From Bacteriovoracaceae bacterium (lineage in GTDB: Bacteria; Bdellovibrionota; Bacteriovoracia; Bacteriovoracales; Bacteriovoracaceae): a stretch of 64,000 bases of DNA. Each line of letters starts with the position of its first letter. Position 1 is the first letter of the stretch. The stretch covers positions 288,001 through 352,000 of the forward strand of contig JBLWTJ010000002.1 of NCBI GenBank assembly GCA_048270185.1, in the 5' to 3' direction. The notes beneath the pieces were generated by a model. The model was not told the DNA's origin, ran no database searches, and worked only from the letters and a program-made list of their open reading frames with translations. Positions 60,016 through 64,000 of this stretch are shown here, piece after piece. The position numbers were made by a program, and so were the translations under genes.

Positions 60016-61026
60016 CTATTCTTCGTCCATGATAGCTTTAACAGATGCCTTTGTTTCAAAAGCGATATCTTGATCGTCTTCTGCATCAATATCATCAACG
60101 TCATCAAAGCTTTCATCTGCTTCAATATCCATTTCACGTAGAACGTCGACGAAAGTCTTATCATCAGCAAAGTCCTTAAGAACTTCATCGATAACCTTCG
60201 TTGGATACTTTGTAATGATCTCTTCTACATATTTCTGTAACATACCTTCTTCAAGGATTGAGATTTTATTTTTAATTTCTTTCCAGAAACCAATATAGTG
60301 AAGACGACAGTAACCTGCTGTTGTTGCCGGGTTATCACAACCTTTAGCAAGACATTCATCTGTATCACCAAGGAAGTAATCAAGTGTTCCAGCAAGAGCA
60401 AATACTTCTTCGATTTTCTCTGTCTCGCTTGCACTCTTTGGCTTCTCTTTTACAGGAGCTTCTACTTCGACTTCTTCTTCAACAACCTTCTCTTCGAAAA
60501 GTTCAGGTTGAACCTCAACCACTTTTTCAAGAACTGGCTCAGATTTTTTCTTTTCTACTTTTTGCTCTTTCTCAGCTTTTTTAGGAGTTGCTTTCTTTGT
60601 AACTTTTTTCTCAGTGGCCTTTGTTGCCTTCTTTGTTACTTTTTTTGCAACTTTCTTTTCAGCTTTTACAGCAGCAGCTTTAGTTGTTTTCTTAGTTACT
60701 TTCTTCGTCGTTTTCTTAGTAGTTTTCTTTGCTACTTTTTTCGCAACTTTCTTTGCTACTTTTTTGGCAGCTTTCTTTGCTACTTTCTTTGTAGTTTTCT
60801 TTGCTACTTTCTTCGTCGTTTTCTTTGCTACTTTTTTCGCAGCTTTCTTTGCTACTTTTTTTGCAGCTTTCTTTGCTACTTTCTTTGTAGTTTTCTTGGC
60901 TACTTTCTTGGCAGTTTTCTTAGCTACTTTCTTCGCAGTTTTCTTAGTAACTTTCTTAGCTGTCTTTTTAGCAGTCTTTTTAGCTGCTTTTTTAGCAGTC
61001 GACTTCTTAGTTGTCTTTTTGGCCAT
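60016..61026 (-). CDS. histone H1-like Lys-rich protein with C-terminal Cys/His (Zn-binding-like) and acidic domain
   Basis: MAKK + KKTAK/KKVAK repeats, E-rich linker, CLAKGC...YCRLH, D/E-rich tail; start 61026 preferred over 61056. Confidence 0.85.
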   Translation of the reverse strand: MAKKTTKKSTAKKAAKKTAKKTAKKVTKKTAKKVAKKTAKKVAKKTTKKVAKKAAKKVAKKAAKKVAKKTTKKVAKKTTKKVAKKAAKKVAKKVAKKVAKKTTKKTTKKVTKKTTKAAAVKAEKKVAKKVTKKATKATEKKVTKKATPKKAEKEQKVEKKKSEPVLEKVVEVQPELFEEKVVEEEVEVEAPVKEKPKSASETEKIEEVFALAGTLDYFLGDTDECLAKGCDNPATTAGYCRLHYIGFWKEIKNKISILEEGMLQKYVEEIITKYPTKVIDEVLKDFADDKTFVDVLREMDIEADESFDDVDDIDAEDDQDIAFETKASVKAIMDEE

Positions 61027-61100
61027 GCCTACTTTCTCCAAGATTTTCTTTAACATAACAAGTTAAAACCGTATCACTTCTAATTCAATTGAACAACTGT

Positions 61101-62240
61101 CTACTTTAAGCTCTTAAGCTCGTTAGCAGCAATAACAACACGTTGAATTTCCGAAGTCCCTTCATAAATTTCAGTAATCTTTGCATCACGGAAGAAACGC
61201 TCCACCGGATACTCCTTAGTATATCCATTTCCACCACAAACTTGGATTGCTTGTGTTGTAATCCACATTGCAGACTCAGCAGCAAAAAGTTTTGCTTGAG
61301 CAGATTGAAGTGAATACTCTTCACCATTATCTTTTCTACGTGAAGCTTCCCAAATAAGAAGACGTGACGCAGCAAGTTTAGTACTCATATCTGCAAGCTT
61401 AAACTGAATTGCTTGAAGAGCATGAAGTGGCTTACCAAATTGGATTCTCTCATTTGAATAATGCTTGGCATAACGGAATGCAGCTTCACCAATCCCTAAG
61501 GCTTGAGCAGCAATACCAATACGTCCACCATCAAGAGTATTCATCGCAATTTTGAAACCTTTCTCATATTCACCAAGTAAATTCTCTTTTGGTACCCTTA
61601 CTTTATCAAATGCAATTTGAGCTGTTGAAGACCCTTTGATCCCCAGCTTATCTTCACACTTCATAACTTCGAAACCTTCAGAGTCACATTCAACAATGAA
61701 TGCCGAGATTCCTTTGTAGTTATCAGTCTTAGATGTTTTTGCAAAAACTACAGCGATATTTGCTTCCTTACCATTTGTAATGAAGTTCTTAGTCCCTGTG
61801 ATTTCGTAGTAATCACCTTTATCTTCTGCAAAAGTTGTTAATGAACCTGCATCCGTTCCAGCATTTGGTTCAGATAGACAGAAACAACCAATATGCTCAC
61901 CAGTAGCAAGCTTTGGAAGATACTTCTTCTTTTGCTCTTCATTACCAAAGGCAAGAATTGGGTAAACACATAAAGATGTGTGAGCTGAAATTAGAACACC
62001 TGTCGAAGCACAACCACGAGAAATCTCTTCAACGATAATTGAATAAGATACGTAATCCATCCCTGCTCCACCGTACTCTTCAGGTACGTAAGAACCAAGA
62101 AAACCGTTCTCACCTAGCTTTGCAACTAAATCAGTTGGGATCTTTTCATTCTTATCGATTGAAGCCGCTAGTGGTGCAACTTCGCTGTCTGCAAATTTAG
62201 AAACTAAGTCTCTAAGTTCTTGGTAATCACTTAACATCAT
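61101..62240 (-). CDS. short-chain/butyryl-type acyl-CoA dehydrogenase
   Basis: LSEPNAGTD, KNFITNG, RIGIAAQ, IYEGTSEIQ motifs. Confidence 0.93.
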   Translation of the reverse strand: MMLSDYQELRDLVSKFADSEVAPLAASIDKNEKIPTDLVAKLGENGFLGSYVPEEYGGAGMDYVSYSIIVEEISRGCASTGVLISAHTSLCVYPILAFGNEEQKKKYLPKLATGEHIGCFCLSEPNAGTDAGSLTTFAEDKGDYYEITGTKNFITNGKEANIAVVFAKTSKTDNYKGISAFIVECDSEGFEVMKCEDKLGIKGSSTAQIAFDKVRVPKENLLGEYEKGFKIAMNTLDGGRIGIAAQALGIGEAAFRYAKHYSNERIQFGKPLHALQAIQFKLADMSTKLAASRLLIWEASRRKDNGEEYSLQSAQAKLFAAESAMWITTQAIQVCGGNGYTKEYPVERFFRDAKITEIYEGTSEIQRVVIAANELKSLK

Positions 62241-62243
62241 ATA

Positions 62244-63035
62244 TTATTCCCCTTTAAATTCAGGTTTTCTTTTTTCAACAAAAGCCGTCGTCCCTTCTTT
62301 CATATCGTAAGAAGAGAAAATATCACCAAAGTGACGAGCTTCAATATCAAGACCTTGTTCAACAGTAAGGTCATTACCTTCATTCATAATCATCTTTGAA
62401 ATTGCTACTGCATTTGGCGAGTTCTTAGCAATTGTTTCTAAAGTCTTCATTGCTTCATCAAGCATCTCTTGTTGTGTCTCGAAAGAGCGAACAACTAACC
62501 CTATTTCCTTAGCCTCATTGATATCAACATTACGTCCAGAGTAGACGATTTCTTTAGCACGATTTCGACCAATTAATTTTGCAAGTCTTTGAGTTCCCCC
62601 AAAACCAGGAACAAGACCAAGCTTAACTTCAGGTTGACCAAAGACAGCAGAATTAGTTGCATAGATAAAGTCACATGCCATGGCCATTTCACAACCGCCA
62701 CCAAGTGCAAAGCCATTTACACATGCGATAACTGGAATGTTTAAGCTTTCAAAAAGTAGTGTTACGTCTTGTCCAAGAGTTGAAAAATCATGTCCTTCAT
62801 CAACACTCATATCACTCATTTCAGCAATATCGGCACCAGCAATAAACGCCTTCTCACCAGCACCTGTAAAAATCATCCCCCTAAGGTCATGACCTTCACT
62901 TAGTGAAGATAGGAAGTCCTTAAGTTCATGAAGTACTTGTGAATTAAGAGCATTGTACTTCTTTTCACGATTAACTTTTAAAACACCAATATCTCCCATT
63001 TTTTCAAATGAGATCGTTTCGAAATTAGTACTCAT
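62244..63035 (-). CDS. crt: enoyl-CoA hydratase (crotonase)
   Basis: [31 protein letters not shown]. Confidence 0.9.
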   Translation of the reverse strand: MSTNFETISFEKMGDIGVLKVNREKKYNALNSQVLHELKDFLSSLSEGHDLRGMIFTGAGEKAFIAGADIAEMSDMSVDEGHDFSTLGQDVTLLFESLNIPVIACVNGFALGGGCEMAMACDFIYATNSAVFGQPEVKLGLVPGFGGTQRLAKLIGRNRAKEIVYSGRNVDINEAKEIGLVVRSFETQQEMLDEAMKTLETIAKNSPNAVAISKMIMNEGNDLTVEQGLDIEARHFGDIFSSYDMKEGTTAFVEKRKPEFKGE

Positions 63036-63870
63036 AGACACCCTTTCCTACTTTGCGACCAAAGCGCCCAGCAGTTACGTATTTTTTAAGAAGTGGACAT
63101 GGACGATATTTTGTATCACCTAGGCCGTCGTGAAGAACTTCCATGATAGCAAGACAAGTATCAAGGCCGATGAAGTCAGCAAGCTCTAATGGACCCATTG
63201 GCTGGTTACATCCAAGCTTCATTGCATCGTCAATTCCTTTAGCTTCAGCAACACCTTCATAAAGTGTGTAGAAAGCTTCGTTAATCATTGGCATAAGAAT
63301 TCTATTAACAGCAAAACCTGCAACGTCATCAGCGCGAACAACAGTTTTACCCATTTTCGTTGCCGCTTCTTCAACAGCGTTGATTGTCTCTGAGCTTGTT
63401 TCAAGCCCTGTGATTGTTTCAACAAGCTTCATTACTGGAACAGGATTCATAAAGTGCATTCCCGCAACTTTCGCTGGACGAGAAGTTGCCGCTGCAATTT
63501 CAGTAATTGAGATAGAAGAAGTATTTGAAGCTAAAATTGCTTCTGGTTTTGCAATTTCATCTAATTGTTTAAAAATTTGAAATTTAATGGCCTTATTTTC
63601 AGTGGCCGCTTCAATGAAAAGGTCGCAATCCTTAAGAGCATTTAAGTCACTAGTTGCGGTTAGGTTTGCAAGTGTTGAATCAACAAACCCTTGCTCCCAT
63701 TTTCCTTTTGAAACACCCTTTTCTAATTGCTTTTTAATGAAGTTATGACCGAAATCTAGCCCCTCAGCATTGATATCATACATAAATACTTGATAGTCAT
63801 TCATGGCAGCAACTTGAGCAATACCTCGGCCCATTTGCCCCGCCCCAATAACGGCAATTTGTTTAATCAT
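63025..63870 (-). CDS. hbd: 3-hydroxybutyryl-CoA dehydrogenase
   Basis: GAGQMG, SNTSS, GMHFMNP, GF.VNR, PMGP..LAD.IGLD. Confidence 0.93.
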   Translation of the reverse strand: MIKQIAVIGAGQMGRGIAQVAAMNDYQVFMYDINAEGLDFGHNFIKKQLEKGVSKGKWEQGFVDSTLANLTATSDLNALKDCDLFIEAATENKAIKFQIFKQLDEIAKPEAILASNTSSISITEIAAATSRPAKVAGMHFMNPVPVMKLVETITGLETSSETINAVEEAATKMGKTVVRADDVAGFAVNRILMPMINEAFYTLYEGVAEAKGIDDAMKLGCNQPMGPLELADFIGLDTCLAIMEVLHDGLGDTKYRPCPLLKKYVTAGRFGRKVGKGVYEY

Positions 63871-64000
63871 TGTGTCTCCTTTATTATTCGCTTTGAAACT
63901 ACCTAATTTAACAGCAATCGTCCATTAAATAAGAGGTTAAGAGCAAGCCAACACATAGCACAAACATCAATAAATAGTACTTAAAGGGTCTGTAATATTA

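Noticed and set aside
60298..61066. Antisense ORFs 60298..61053 and 60614..61066
   Set aside because: Shadows of the Lys-rich repeat gene on the minus strand

Overview
AT-rich bacterial chromosomal segment. The gene content suggests a predatory Bdellovibrionota/Bacteriovoracaceae (Halobacteriovorax-like) organism, which is an inference from many secreted hypothetical proteins and hydrolases, prepilin/Tad-type proteins, Lys-rich histone H1-like proteins and an mreCD-mrdA-rodA cluster without mreB. The backbone is housekeeping: leuS, metG, fadD, manA, rluD, tatD, cysE-cysK, gap-pgk-tpiA, secG, ssb, mreC-mreD-mrdA-rodA, a PpiD-like chaperone, ferredoxin and hbd-crt-acyl-CoA dehydrogenase. The most unusual observations are: (1) a three-gene MqsR/MqsA-like toxin-antitoxin cassette whose toxin has a tandem KKAK tail, with a perfect palindromic operator and 27-bp near-identical terminator direct repeats on both sides; (2) a dispersed modular hairpin element present at 5179-5289 and 59640-60015, with conserved flanks and compensatory stem changes; (3) a ~176-nt structured non-coding RNA candidate at 42382-42557 behind a sigma54-like promoter; (4) a type IV prepilin-like protein that can apparently only start at an ATT codon; (5) a sensor kinase interrupted by two in-frame TAA codons; (6) two bipolar basic/acidic histone-like proteins. 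I saw no tRNA, rRNA, CRISPR array, integrase or transposase. All calls were made by eye without database searches.
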